A stretch of DNA of 38,727 nucleotides from a virus (lineage: Duplodnaviria; Caudoviricetes). Below the pieces are notes generated by a model that was not told the DNA's origin, did not search any database, and was given only the letters and a program-made list of their open reading frames with translations. The position numbers and the translations under genes are program-made. Position 1 is the first letter of the stretch. Every line of letters starts with the position of its first letter. Shown here piece by piece: positions 9,501 through 18,052 of this stretch. Location: IMG/VR virus record IMGVR_UViG_3300042399_000389, positions 1 to 38,727 of that record; one strand, written 5' to 3'.

Positions 9501-12500
9501 AGCTAAGACTAAGATTGACGTAGAAGCTATGGCCAATCAAATGACTATGCTTGATACGCGCAATACAGTAGATCCTTCTCGTGGTACTCAAGCTTTAGAG
9601 TTTATTGGAGATAACTGGAAAGAAGCATTAGCTGCATCTATAATGGTTCTTGTAGGCAATAAGCTAAGATTGCTAAAAGCTGTTGGTGAAGCGGCTCCTG
9701 TTGTTGCGGGAGAAGGCGGGGCAGCTGCACTTGGTCAATGGATGTCTGGGCAGGGTGGTAATCTTGTAAGAACTGCAGTAGCTTTTACTGGCGTTAAAAT
9801 GCTAGAAGAAGATGTTAGTACAGCAGTTGCTTCTGGTGCTATTGAAGGTGCTGCCTTAGGATTCTCAGTACCTACCTTGTATAAACCTATAACAGCTGGT
9901 GTTGGTGCTGCGATTGGTGCTGCAATAGGCTATGTTACATCTAAGTTTTCAAACAGAAATCTAACAGATTACTTATCTAGAAATTATGTACAGTTCCCGT
10001 CTAAACAAGGCTTTATGCCTGAAATACAGACAACTTATGATCCTCGTAAAAGGGCAGAAATAAAACCAATTGGCCCTGATTTGTCTGAAATGGATAGAGC
10101 AAGACTTGAAGCTGAAAATCTTCGAGTTTCATTTGTAAACTCTGTAAAGAGTTCTAATGAAGCATATACATCAATGGATAAAAGTTCTCCATTGGCATTA
10201 GAGTACGCAGATAGGCTTTCTAATTTAGACACTGTATACGCAAATTTCAAGAAGTTTAGATATGAGGTTACTCCTGAAGGTGCAACGTTTGATAATAAAA
10301 CATTAGCAGCTAATTATTATGCTAGTATAGATCGAAACATTGATGCTTTGACAGAGTGGACAGACGCTGCTAAAAAGCAAACTGAAGTGCTTAAACAAGT
10401 ATCTGCTAGAGAAGCTATTGCTAAGAATGAACCTGGATTCTGGAAACCGCTTGGTGTAACTTTAGACAATCTTAAAGACTTCCAATTGACAGGACGTTCT
10501 TTTGATGTTGGTAAAGATCTTAAAGCTCGTGGTGAAACGCTTGTAAAGCAAACACAATTTCCTACAAATGAGCTTAGCAATGCTAATTTGTTTGAAAAGA
10601 AAAGACTTGCTGATAAAAGAACTTATTTGCAAACATTAGAAGCTGATAAGTACTTATCAAGCCAAATGGCTGTTACAAAATTAGGCAACGATATCAATCT
10701 AGGTTTGACAGAAGAGCTTAAGTACTTGTCTGAAGATCTTACAGACACCCTAAGAGAACGTATTCGTAAGATTCAGTTTGTAGAAGACCAGTCGCTTAAT
10801 AAATTACAAAAGCCTTCTTTAGAAAATATTGACTTATTGCCATTGGCGGAAAGAAGTGCAGCTAAGGCGCGTAATGAGATATTACAAGAGAGATACGCAG
10901 CTGAATTGGTTCGTAGAAAACAAGAGCAAAAGAATCTTCCTGGTTTTAGGTTTGAGACTAAGCAAAATGCTTTTGAAAACATGCTTAAAACACCAGAAGC
11001 TCTTAGTGCTAAGTTGACAAACCTATATGCAGCAGATGCTTCAAAAGTCTTAGGCAGTTACAGAGAGATTGGTGTAGAGCAAACTAATAACTTATTACTT
11101 AATAAAGAGCAATTAAATATATTAAGAGAGTATGCAGTTGCTGACCACCAGTTAGACTTAGTTGTTGATATTGATAAATTGCTAAATAGCGTAGATAGAG
11201 CATTAACACCGATTGCAATGTCTGTAAGTGCGACTCTTGAAGCTGCTTTTAGCGGATTAAGTGTTGATTTGCTACCTCAAGACACTTTCTTAGAGTTGAA
11301 GAGTATTGGTAATCAAATAGCACGTATTAAGAAAGATTTGGATGATCCTGAGTCACAGTTCTTACCACAAGAAGATTTAATTGCTAAACAAAAAGCTTTG
11401 AAAGATCTTAAGTTAAGGGCAGATGATCTTGCAGCTGTTTTGAAGAATACAACTGGCGAAAGTATGATGTCAGCTGTATCTGATTTAGGTTTAACTGCCG
11501 CACAAAGATCTAGAATAACATTAGATCAAATGAGTGCTGCGTTAGCTTTAAGCCGAGGTAAAGCCTCTGTAACTTCTCAGCTATCTATGGCTACAACTCC
11601 GCAAGAACAGCAACGCTTGATACGTAAGGCAGCTGGCTACGAAAGTACTACTGAATTGTTGAAATTTACAGCAACTCTCGATAAGTCAGGGTTTAGTACT
11701 GTAGCAGAAGCTCTTGGTATTGATCTTAATAAATTAAGTACAAGAGGTAAAAGTCTCTTAAAAGAATTCTCTGGTCTTGCAAAATACATTAATATTTTGA
11801 AGTCAGATTCTATTGAACTTAATGATCAAGCAGCTGTTGATAAGTACCTAAATAGTTTACAGGCGTTAGCACGTTTAACAGAACGTGTACAAATGACTGC
11901 TAAGCAAAATACATTAGATATTTTAAATGAGTTAAGTGGTAATTCAAATGGATTGAATCTTTCTGAACAGCTATCTGTAGGTGTTGCAAATGGTCTTGCT
12001 AATACTGCTAAACTTTTGAAACAACAACTCTCAGAAGCTATTACTAATAGCGGTGATGTACTAGATAGCGTTGCAATTCGTATTGGCAAAAATATCCAAG
12101 CATTATCTAGCTATCAACCATTGCTATCATTCTTTGCAATGCTTGCTGATAAGGCTGAAGCAGCTATTCACGGTGGTATTGGTAAAGCATTAGAACAAGT
12201 TAATAAAGCATTTCCAGATCTTAAGATAGATGCTACTGAACTTGGAAAGATGGATCCAGGCGCAAGAAAATCACTTACTGATAGAGCTTACAACTTAAAT
12301 ATTCTAACTGAGTTACAAAGTGGCCCTTTGAATGAAGATCAAGCAAATGTCTTGAATAGACTAAAAGAGCTTGGCCCTGAAAAGACCATTGAAGAATTTG
12401 CTAAAGTAGGAAAATCCCTATTAGAGTCTGTTGGATTTACTGATGTACAGCTTAACACAGTAGCATTAGATGGCGTGCAAGATGCGTTGAAGTTTAACAC

Positions 12501-15500
12501 AGCTGCATTAAATGCCAATACAGTTGCCAATGGCGGCAAGCCTACTGAAGTACCACCAAACAAGTCTGTTGATGTTACAACAAAACCTACAAAAGATTTT
12601 GGCAATACTAGTGACAGATACGATGAATTGTTTAGAAAGTACGCTGAAATAAATAAAGTACCTTTTGAACTTGTTAAAGCAATTGCTGCAAGCGAAACTA
12701 ATAATTTTAGTACAAAAGCTGTAAGCAGTCAGGGTGCAGTAGGTATCATGCAACTTATGCCTACAACGGCGGAATACTATGGTGTTTCTGATCGTACTGA
12801 TCCAGAGGAATCTATTTCTGGAGGTACTAGATATCTTAAGCGTTTAATGAAGTTGTTCCCAACTTTCCCAGAAGTAGCGGCAGCTTACAATGCTGGAGAA
12901 GGTAGTGTACAGAAGGCTAATGCAAAAGCTAAAGCTAGTGGTGGTACTTTCTTAGACTACTTGCCTAAGCCTAAGGAAACTGTTCCATATGTTTCTAAGG
13001 TAATGACTGCGTATGATACGTTTGCAGGTAATGTTGCTCCGCCAAAACAAGCCTCTGGACCTTTTGAGAATTATGATATATTAAAACCAGTATTAGACAA
13101 AGCAGTACGCAGAAGTCCTATTGGTTCTTTTAACAAAAACCTTCAAAATTTCATACCATTCGGAGGCTACGAAAATCTAATAGAACCACCACCATCTGGT
13201 TCTTCTTATGAAGATGTAACAAGAATACAGGGTAAAATTACTCTGGGCAAGCCTTTCAAACCAAACACATTAGATGGCGGAACTAGTCCTGATATTATTG
13301 TAGGTGGTATAAACCTTACTGTTCAAGACGAAGCCATTAAAATGGTTGATCGCTTAGATTCTTTTAATAGAATGTTTGGTAACTTTGCTTCTGATGGGAT
13401 TGGCAATACTTTAGATAAAGTCCGTGAAAACATTTCAAATAGCTTATCGTATAATGAGCCTTATGATTATCAATATAAAGCTGAAAAGATTGCAGATCAA
13501 GTAAGTGTTAATACTAATTTACCTGAACTAAAGCTGGCAGATTTGCCTAACAAAGATGTTAAAATGTTAGGACAACAAGTAGATATACGCCCTGCTGCTA
13601 ATGAGTTAGAAATCCTAAAGAATGCTCTTCCCAAAGAAGCGCGTACATTGTTAGAAAAGTTTAATACTAGCAATAAGCCTTTGGCTGGTAAGTATGGAGA
13701 TGCCTTAGGTGTTGACCCTAAAACATTAGAAACATTATCTGGTTCTCAGTTTGCTGCATTAGACAAAATGACGCAAGCAAGAGCTAATGTACAGCAACAA
13801 CTTACAGAAGGTCTTGGTACTAAAGGTTATGATGCTTCAGCAGCAACGCAAGCGCTAAAGAATCTTGATGATCAAATTAATTCTTTTGTTGAAGGTGTAA
13901 ATGCTAATATTGCTGAGCTTAAATTAGAAAAAGCTGGCGCATATACGGCAGCTAACAAAGATAATATTACTGGATTCTTAAATAAATTTAGTTCTATTGG
14001 TACTGAAGTAACTGGCATGATGAGTGAAGCAGATAAAGCTACTGCCAAATCTATGGCTATTCAGAAATTGTACTTAGAAGATAAGTTGGCAAAAGACAGT
14101 ATTGCTGGAAAGTCAACCCAGGCAACAAGCAAACAGTTAGCTGATTTGGCGGATGCAGAGGGTTACCTTAAAGATAAAACTTTAGAAGCTGCTAATGCTG
14201 CTAGAGAGGCAGGTAAGACATTTGCAGAGTCATTAACCTCTACGTTTAAGGACGCATTTAAAGGTCTTTTAAACAGAGAAAGTGATAAGGGTAAATCTAT
14301 ATTTAAAACTTTTGCTGACAAACTTATTACAGGGATTAAAGATCAAACTGTAGATATCTTTACAAATGCTGTAACAGATAGTATTGGCCTTGGCAAAGGC
14401 GGAGTGCTTAGTAAAATGTTAAGTAAAACAGGTACAGGACTTTCTTCTGGTTTCCGCGCATTGGGTGGCGGTGTTCAAAGCCTGCTATCTGGCAAAGGAA
14501 GTTGGGAAGGATTTACATCTGGCGTTAGTAATTGGTTTAGCAATTTGACTTCTGATCTTGATAACGCTACGCCTGAAGAGATTCAAATGGCGGCAGCTAC
14601 AAAATTCTCTGACGCGGTGGACAGATTTGCAGGCGGGAGTGCCATTTCTGGTGCCGCTAATGCGGCTACAGGAAGCGGAATTGGCAGTGCCTTGATGAGT
14701 GCCTTGCCGTGGGTTGGCGGTGCCGCAGGCGTTGCGGGGTTGGGCTATATGGCAACTAAAGGCGGTGACTGGAGTAGTGGTTTAAAAGATCTTGGTGCTA
14801 ATTTTACAACTAAAGCTGGTAGTGCATTAACACCTTCCGGCAATCCTATGGAGACATTAGATCCACGTACAGGGTTGTTTGGTAAAATGGATTCTTTTGA
14901 TGCTGATGTTACAGGCTTATTTAATAATAAGAGTAGCAGTAACAAGAACGGCTGGTCAGCTGGTCTATCAGATTCTTTAGCTAAGAGTACCCCTGACACT
15001 ACAGGCCTGTGGGATATAATTATGAAACCTATTAAATGGTTCTTTAGTTTAATAGGCGATGGTTTTACAGGAATTATGTCATTCTTTACGGGTGCTGGGC
15101 AGGGCGTTGGGACTAGTTCAGGTAAGCCTGAAAGTGCTACAAGCCCCTTAGATAGTCTTAAGCTTAAGTTTGCTAATGGCGGACCAGTCTCAGGCGGTGG
15201 TACAACTACTTCTGATTCTATACCTGCAATGCTATCTGATGGTGAGTTTGTAGTTAATGCAAAGGCTACCAAAGAAAACAGAGAAATGTTGGAGCGTATT
15301 AATCGTGGTGAAGTAATCAAACGTTCACTAGGCGGTATTGTCTCAATGGGTACAAGCCTTGCAGGAAGAGCTATTGGCGGTAAAACAGGAACAGCCCTAA
15401 GTTCATTAGGTTCTATTGCTAGTGGTGTTGCAGGCATGCTATCTAGTCAGCAAGCTGAACAAGCCGCTGAGTCTTTGTTAGCCGCATCTCAACACTTAGA

Positions 15501-16587
15501 AACAGCCGCAACAGCCTTAGAAAACTTTGCAGCCACTGGCAGTATGGGTGGCGGTGCTGGTGGTTTTGGCGGTCTTAATGGCAGTACAATCGGCTTAAAC
15601 GGCATTCCAGAGGGTATGACAAATTTCTCTAGACAGACAGGTATGGAGGGTGCAACCACTCAGGGTATTGCCGATACAAGCGGTTATGGCGCTACGCCTG
15701 GATTAACACCAATATCTAGTGTAGGTATGGGTGATCTATCGGCTTCAGGTGGTATGGTTGGTGGTGGCGGTGGAATGTTTGATGGTATTTTTGACTTCTT
15801 TTCAAAATTAGATTTTGGTAAGATGTTTGGAAGTCTTGGCAGTCTGTTTGGTCTTGGGGCTGCTACTGGTGGACATATTGTTGGCCCAGGTTCTGGTACT
15901 TCTGACTCTATTCCAGCTAACTTGTCTAACGGTGAGTTTGTCGTAAACGCAGCAGCTACTAAGGGTAATCTAGGGTTATTACACTCTATCAACGCTGGTA
16001 AAAAGGTTCAACATCGTGCCCTAGGCGGTTTGCTAACAATGATTCCAGGACTAGTTGGTGGTATTGGTGGTATGATTAAAGGCGGTGGCGGAGGTGGTGC
16101 AGGTGGTATTATGGGCATGATTTCGCAGTTACTTGGCCCCTTAATGAAGCTGTTTGGTGGCGGTGCAGGTGGTGGCGGTATTATGAGTTTATTTGGCGGT
16201 ACTAAAGCAGCTACTGGTGGAAAGATTGTTGGACCAGGCTCTGGTACTTCGGACTCTATTCCTGCAATGATATCTAATGGCGAATTTGTTGTTAATGCCG
16301 CAGCTACTAAGGCAAACCTTGGTCTTCTCCATAGCTTAAATAGTGGCCGTCAACACTTTGCAGAAGGTGGTTTAGCTGGCGTTTCAAGTGGCATTATGAC
16401 AACACCGACTTCAAAAGGCTTTAAACCAATATCGGTAGATAAGTCAACAAAGAGTACTCAACAGGTAGTTAACCTTAATATAACAGGTGATATCTCTCGT
16501 CAAACTAAGTCAGAAATCTTTAAGATGATGCCTACAATTGCGAGCGGTGTTAATTTACAAAATAAAGAAGCAGGAATTAAACGATAA
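3595..16587 (+). CDS. Tail tape measure protein (4330 aa) with lytic transglycosylase domain and triplicated C-terminal motif
   Basis: N-terminal tape-measure motif (LTQLGQAFSSGVLRGEELNSVMEQTPRIA), long Ala/Leu/Gly helical body with hydrophobic segments, SLT motifs, and C-terminal GG...G.GT..SDSIPA.LS.GEFVVNA.AT repeats. Confidence 0.95.
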   Translation: MSGIVIEVDANTRKAQRNLEEVNTTVKSISQSVNSMADGFKSAFIAIGTTFAADQLLKYVEETTSSLQEMENKVALVVGKSNELYDTQVRLRNIADETNGTYRETVEVFTAMGRAMRNTNVDIDKLARSSKTIQQAVAISGSSAESSKAALTQLGQAFSSGVLRGEELNSVMEQTPRIAGMIADSMGVTLGQMRLIAAQGEITSEVIFKALADQAETINKEFKNIVPTLSTGFLKLKENAAYVFVEFDKGLALSEKLSKSVYNLSQELGKSVDKAYLLGNALRFSLVGFKNPLEDLLEPVKQMLEISIYAIQHSLDTIGLTRFITTVIEPFVTQFTAAIDIAIMRWQMFGKMLRSVKGDDMFYLLKPMQAIGEITALTLRNTLVKVSAEILAYEQSVTGRFRAFIIKEMRSFNIGGEIVWYRMSKQLIQNLRDTVFGTDSVAGIISSFVGSLFLTLSTDLVSGLRDLGETLAGYNILEKLFGVSFGGSKLARIAGNLMVTVAGLVDSLMNSLVNASETFTEELYYRLAEGLNLVLPKFAQIDMPIAFKVHVVFSNIEQSLDKVLDSLVSATAMLSKIDLFGALTDAASYASGVFVEVLNVLLHWITTFSELALRGDLTNWFEALVDKVQYYSDTLIKALAPIQAFGDAVIQVFFEIYDAVIAHSWWTDTIDEIIYTSATLWGNTSVGLKTFGDNVIDLFEVIYTKIGGVLNRIASLDLSKTMFKLNSKLYAYSPNLAGYAKAIEDSIQKSVVFLRDVFSNDLLFKGLRYSFTDTMSGVLSFVNQRFRAWFNTWPLALRQAFSATVMATIFSSLPKVIADGVIGGWLLASSIIAGTSLAITITANTFDKSLGVELGKAAGDIASGVVNGSLVDIPRLIGEGFAFFGNFMENFLTGLPYLGVIFSGIFKIASLFGSAPAVGLLGAWLFGGSLVRLMVELGVYRKGLSDVLQRQRSVQSFFMGTYTGNKTAGGQPTPLGKMSKAFFNDTNRTQSLAITGLMMDFSGMFNSLYKDNVIGHAIARGGLIWLALTGESGLKDLKTGVLDPMLSHLHNAMDRSPVWGKVRDKWRKEVTMSGTGGFSGFTQWMARELNNISLKTSDHLSKAFSKSNKINGGTFLQHLLLGRDANTSGFFDRFILGIESGMKRLQDKIANMKGGSLLNKIIPTPKQIFTALFLVGSLLSAMSAQGATIDSDNYSPFKNYSAKDKDSEKIPTPMFPDANPLQATLDFWESMTATTTQILLAVTAATGVSMIVFKEYKRFAAATYANIDRGALVMSGLSYTLKTIFSMAVEGLVGVIRLLYLETIQFRRPELAGLELLTVRIRSAMAVVLRFLAAVYAPQLFGFGAIGTGLSALGAYAAYMSGPGIALRTAVNARLEAAIIAKDAMFMKLDAKFAKLAYTNATLAPALPLLRTVDMLLQGAAAVGSRAATKAFRLPEGVLAESIASARKSRIAQYMNAPSYAVAAANMATGGERARANFINATDKKGLRNAFGVQETIAVLDVLSSGMRRFANTLKVISGTVDFAMKGISAAATYRATSLLMALYVIGNLVNAIANPKKRGEQEGFMGTGHSMGFDYLGNMPVPGGGEIPLSHLLIPAAIGTFMMKSAKKVGLSRAHDVQMDKITKRWERQNATAIAADEAATRSYNLQKYMFERSAPGTMVPPIMPTMTAPPRPQRLNETQLAARDARKNAKLEWERNQANENWMARQNAKEFARRGIGSAAEFMAMDAVQRSLSGVRLTQKEFLDQRHAERMAAGKGSVIRHNMPAVAGAGIAGAGLLAAGGYLGAKAGSMMSDGSQDGISMGLGIGAVVAGIYGRDIVTGVFNALSNTKNLKLFKWTWIPVALAAAWDSISTAHKTLWDRMSELWEGFKKSIGLKSEPKDAKTGLTESSMIEAAKLGLAPSFDISKIDMSKLSYSEETVFKDTQKRTEEALAASMAERLKMGMVADETANAASEALKALSRVSKEFAAKTKIDVEAMANQMTMLDTRNTVDPSRGTQALEFIGDNWKEALAASIMVLVGNKLRLLKAVGEAAPVVAGEGGAAALGQWMSGQGGNLVRTAVAFTGVKMLEEDVSTAVASGAIEGAALGFSVPTLYKPITAGVGAAIGAAIGYVTSKFSNRNLTDYLSRNYVQFPSKQGFMPEIQTTYDPRKRAEIKPIGPDLSEMDRARLEAENLRVSFVNSVKSSNEAYTSMDKSSPLALEYADRLSNLDTVYANFKKFRYEVTPEGATFDNKTLAANYYASIDRNIDALTEWTDAAKKQTEVLKQVSAREAIAKNEPGFWKPLGVTLDNLKDFQLTGRSFDVGKDLKARGETLVKQTQFPTNELSNANLFEKKRLADKRTYLQTLEADKYLSSQMAVTKLGNDINLGLTEELKYLSEDLTDTLRERIRKIQFVEDQSLNKLQKPSLENIDLLPLAERSAAKARNEILQERYAAELVRRKQEQKNLPGFRFETKQNAFENMLKTPEALSAKLTNLYAADASKVLGSYREIGVEQTNNLLLNKEQLNILREYAVADHQLDLVVDIDKLLNSVDRALTPIAMSVSATLEAAFSGLSVDLLPQDTFLELKSIGNQIARIKKDLDDPESQFLPQEDLIAKQKALKDLKLRADDLAAVLKNTTGESMMSAVSDLGLTAAQRSRITLDQMSAALALSRGKASVTSQLSMATTPQEQQRLIRKAAGYESTTELLKFTATLDKSGFSTVAEALGIDLNKLSTRGKSLLKEFSGLAKYINILKSDSIELNDQAAVDKYLNSLQALARLTERVQMTAKQNTLDILNELSGNSNGLNLSEQLSVGVANGLANTAKLLKQQLSEAITNSGDVLDSVAIRIGKNIQALSSYQPLLSFFAMLADKAEAAIHGGIGKALEQVNKAFPDLKIDATELGKMDPGARKSLTDRAYNLNILTELQSGPLNEDQANVLNRLKELGPEKTIEEFAKVGKSLLESVGFTDVQLNTVALDGVQDALKFNTAALNANTVANGGKPTEVPPNKSVDVTTKPTKDFGNTSDRYDELFRKYAEINKVPFELVKAIAASETNNFSTKAVSSQGAVGIMQLMPTTAEYYGVSDRTDPEESISGGTRYLKRLMKLFPTFPEVAAAYNAGEGSVQKANAKAKASGGTFLDYLPKPKETVPYVSKVMTAYDTFAGNVAPPKQASGPFENYDILKPVLDKAVRRSPIGSFNKNLQNFIPFGGYENLIEPPPSGSSYEDVTRIQGKITLGKPFKPNTLDGGTSPDIIVGGINLTVQDEAIKMVDRLDSFNRMFGNFASDGIGNTLDKVRENISNSLSYNEPYDYQYKAEKIADQVSVNTNLPELKLADLPNKDVKMLGQQVDIRPAANELEILKNALPKEARTLLEKFNTSNKPLAGKYGDALGVDPKTLETLSGSQFAALDKMTQARANVQQQLTEGLGTKGYDASAATQALKNLDDQINSFVEGVNANIAELKLEKAGAYTAANKDNITGFLNKFSSIGTEVTGMMSEADKATAKSMAIQKLYLEDKLAKDSIAGKSTQATSKQLADLADAEGYLKDKTLEAANAAREAGKTFAESLTSTFKDAFKGLLNRESDKGKSIFKTFADKLITGIKDQTVDIFTNAVTDSIGLGKGGVLSKMLSKTGTGLSSGFRALGGGVQSLLSGKGSWEGFTSGVSNWFSNLTSDLDNATPEEIQMAAATKFSDAVDRFAGGSAISGAANAATGSGIGSALMSALPWVGGAAGVAGLGYMATKGGDWSSGLKDLGANFTTKAGSALTPSGNPMETLDPRTGLFGKMDSFDADVTGLFNNKSSSNKNGWSAGLSDSLAKSTPDTTGLWDIIMKPIKWFFSLIGDGFTGIMSFFTGAGQGVGTSSGKPESATSPLDSLKLKFANGGPVSGGGTTTSDSIPAMLSDGEFVVNAKATKENREMLERINRGEVIKRSLGGIVSMGTSLAGRAIGGKTGTALSSLGSIASGVAGMLSSQQAEQAAESLLAASQHLETAATALENFAATGSMGGGAGGFGGLNGSTIGLNGIPEGMTNFSRQTGMEGATTQGIADTSGYGATPGLTPISSVGMGDLSASGGMVGGGGGMFDGIFDFFSKLDFGKMFGSLGSLFGLGAATGGHIVGPGSGTSDSIPANLSNGEFVVNAAATKGNLGLLHSINAGKKVQHRALGGLLTMIPGLVGGIGGMIKGGGGGGAGGIMGMISQLLGPLMKLFGGGAGGGGIMSLFGGTKAATGGKIVGPGSGTSDSIPAMISNGEFVVNAAATKANLGLLHSLNSGRQHFAEGGLAGVSSGIMTTPTSKGFKPISVDKSTKSTQQVVNLNITGDISRQTKSEIFKMMPTIASGVNLQNKEAGIKR
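12619..13005 (+). other. SLT-family lytic transglycosylase domain inside the tape measure protein
   Basis: KAIAASET (candidate catalytic Glu codon at 12694), AVS..GAVGIMQLMP.TA, DP...I.GG.RYL, AAYNAGEG, ETVPYV.KV. Confidence 0.9.
15169..16347 (+). repeat. Three copies of a roughly 47-aa C-terminal tape-measure motif
   Basis: Copies begin at about 15169, 15859 and 16207 (A.GG...G.G..TSDSIPA..S.GEFVVNA.ATK.N...L...N.G). Confidence 0.9.
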
Positions 16588-17219
16588 TGATACACGGTAT
16601 CCTAGATGATTCAGGCAATATAATTGCATCCTTTGTAGTCCCATTGACTGTAAAGAGCAATCAGCCAGTATTTGTCTCGGATACCCTTTCGTTAAAGCGT
16701 GCGATCCAACGTAGATCTTCTCAGAGATGGGAGATAGAGACTCGTCTATCTCCTCTCAAGGAATCAGCTAACGATTTGATGGTAAACTTTATAACAAAGG
16801 GTTTCGACACAGTACATCAAATTATAGTCCCTCAAAATTATGCTGTTTTTACAAAAACAACTGCTAAGGGACTTGTTCAAACAGATACAGTTAATAGAGT
16901 AGCCGGCTTAACTCAGCTTGCTATTGCTATGACAGCTATAAATGCAGGTAAGCTAATACCTAGCGGGACATTCATTAAGTTTGCAAATCATTCTAAGATC
17001 TATATGGTTATCGAGAATTGCACTATGTCAGAAACACAGGTGACAACACTTAAAATATTCCCACAGCTAAGACAAGCAGTTCCAGCAGGTACATTAATCA
17101 CATATAGTGATGATGTTAGAATGTCTGTACGATATGATACAGAAGTAGTAACCGGGATGGTATATGAAGACGGTTTACTAATGGATAATGGCGTTATTAA
17201 ATTAATAGAGGCGTTATGA
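16587..17219 (+). CDS. Putative distal tail protein
   Basis: 210 aa, coupled to the tape measure stop; S..L.R......QRWEI N-terminal pattern; synteny. Confidence 0.7.
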   Translation: MIHGILDDSGNIIASFVVPLTVKSNQPVFVSDTLSLKRAIQRRSSQRWEIETRLSPLKESANDLMVNFITKGFDTVHQIIVPQNYAVFTKTTAKGLVQTDTVNRVAGLTQLAIAMTAINAGKLIPSGTFIKFANHSKIYMVIENCTMSETQVTTLKIFPQLRQAVPAGTLITYSDDVRMSVRYDTEVVTGMVYEDGLLMDNGVIKLIEAL

Positions 17220-18052
17220 TAACTTTTACCCCAAATGTAAAGTGGGCACTACAACAAGATACTATTGAAGCTTTTTATATGCTTCGTATTCTACAAGAAA
17301 CAGATTGCACGATAGCTGCTGCTGCAGTAGGTGCCACTACAATAAGTTTACTCCCTGCAGTTCCAACACAAAATAAAGTAATAAGAGCTGGCGCAATTGT
17401 TAAATTTGCAGGCGATACAAGTAGTTATTCAGTTGTTACAGGCGGAGATCTTTCTGATACTGTTGCAACTACTGTAACTATCACACCAGCCTTAACAAGT
17501 GCAAAGCTTGTAAATACAAAAGTTACATTTGAATACAATGTAATACATAGTACAAGTTTGTTTATGGATATAGATCTACTAGATTCTGCAGATCTTCCTG
17601 TGCCAGGGCATAGCTACATTTCAGATGATACAATTGCAAGTGTGGATGCACCACAAGCTACTACTAACGTAGATAGAGAACAATTTAGAATTTTACTAAA
17701 TGATCCACGGCTAGAATCAATGGAAACTGTGTTTAATAATTTAATTGGTTATCCTATTGAAGTTAGACTAGGCTTTTTAAATGTTGACACTTGTCTGCCT
17801 TTTTTCAAATTTTCTGATACTCTTTTAGTGTATAAAGGACGTGTAGATAGTACGGCATACTCGATTAAGACACAAGAAATGGGCGAAGCTGTATTACAAG
17901 TAACTGGTTCAAGTCCAATGAGAAGCTTAGACGCAAAGAATTCATTATTTCTAAGCAGAGATTATGTACGTCAGTTAACTCCAAAAGATTCCTCTTGTGA
18001 CCAAATCTTTGAAGGATCAGAAGCTCTTGTATTAAAGTGGGGTAGAATCTAA
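17216..18052 (+). CDS. Putative baseplate hub / minor tail protein
   Basis: 278 aa; LVYKGRVD motif and C-terminal R...P.D.........LKWG; lies between the distal tail and tip genes. Confidence 0.65.
   Translation: MITFTPNVKWALQQDTIEAFYMLRILQETDCTIAAAAVGATTISLLPAVPTQNKVIRAGAIVKFAGDTSSYSVVTGGDLSDTVATTVTITPALTSAKLVNTKVTFEYNVIHSTSLFMDIDLLDSADLPVPGHSYISDDTIASVDAPQATTNVDREQFRILLNDPRLESMETVFNNLIGYPIEVRLGFLNVDTCLPFFKFSDTLLVYKGRVDSTAYSIKTQEMGEAVLQVTGSSPMRSLDAKNSLFLSRDYVRQLTPKDSSCDQIFEGSEALVLKWGRI

Noticed and set aside
3595-16587. Virion RNA polymerase fused to the giant tape measure, as known for long-tailed Thermus phages
   Set aside because: No DxDxD catalytic motif was found by eye; the nearest, DSFDAD, has the wrong spacing and lies in a low-complexity region. 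A structure search would be needed to exclude it fully.
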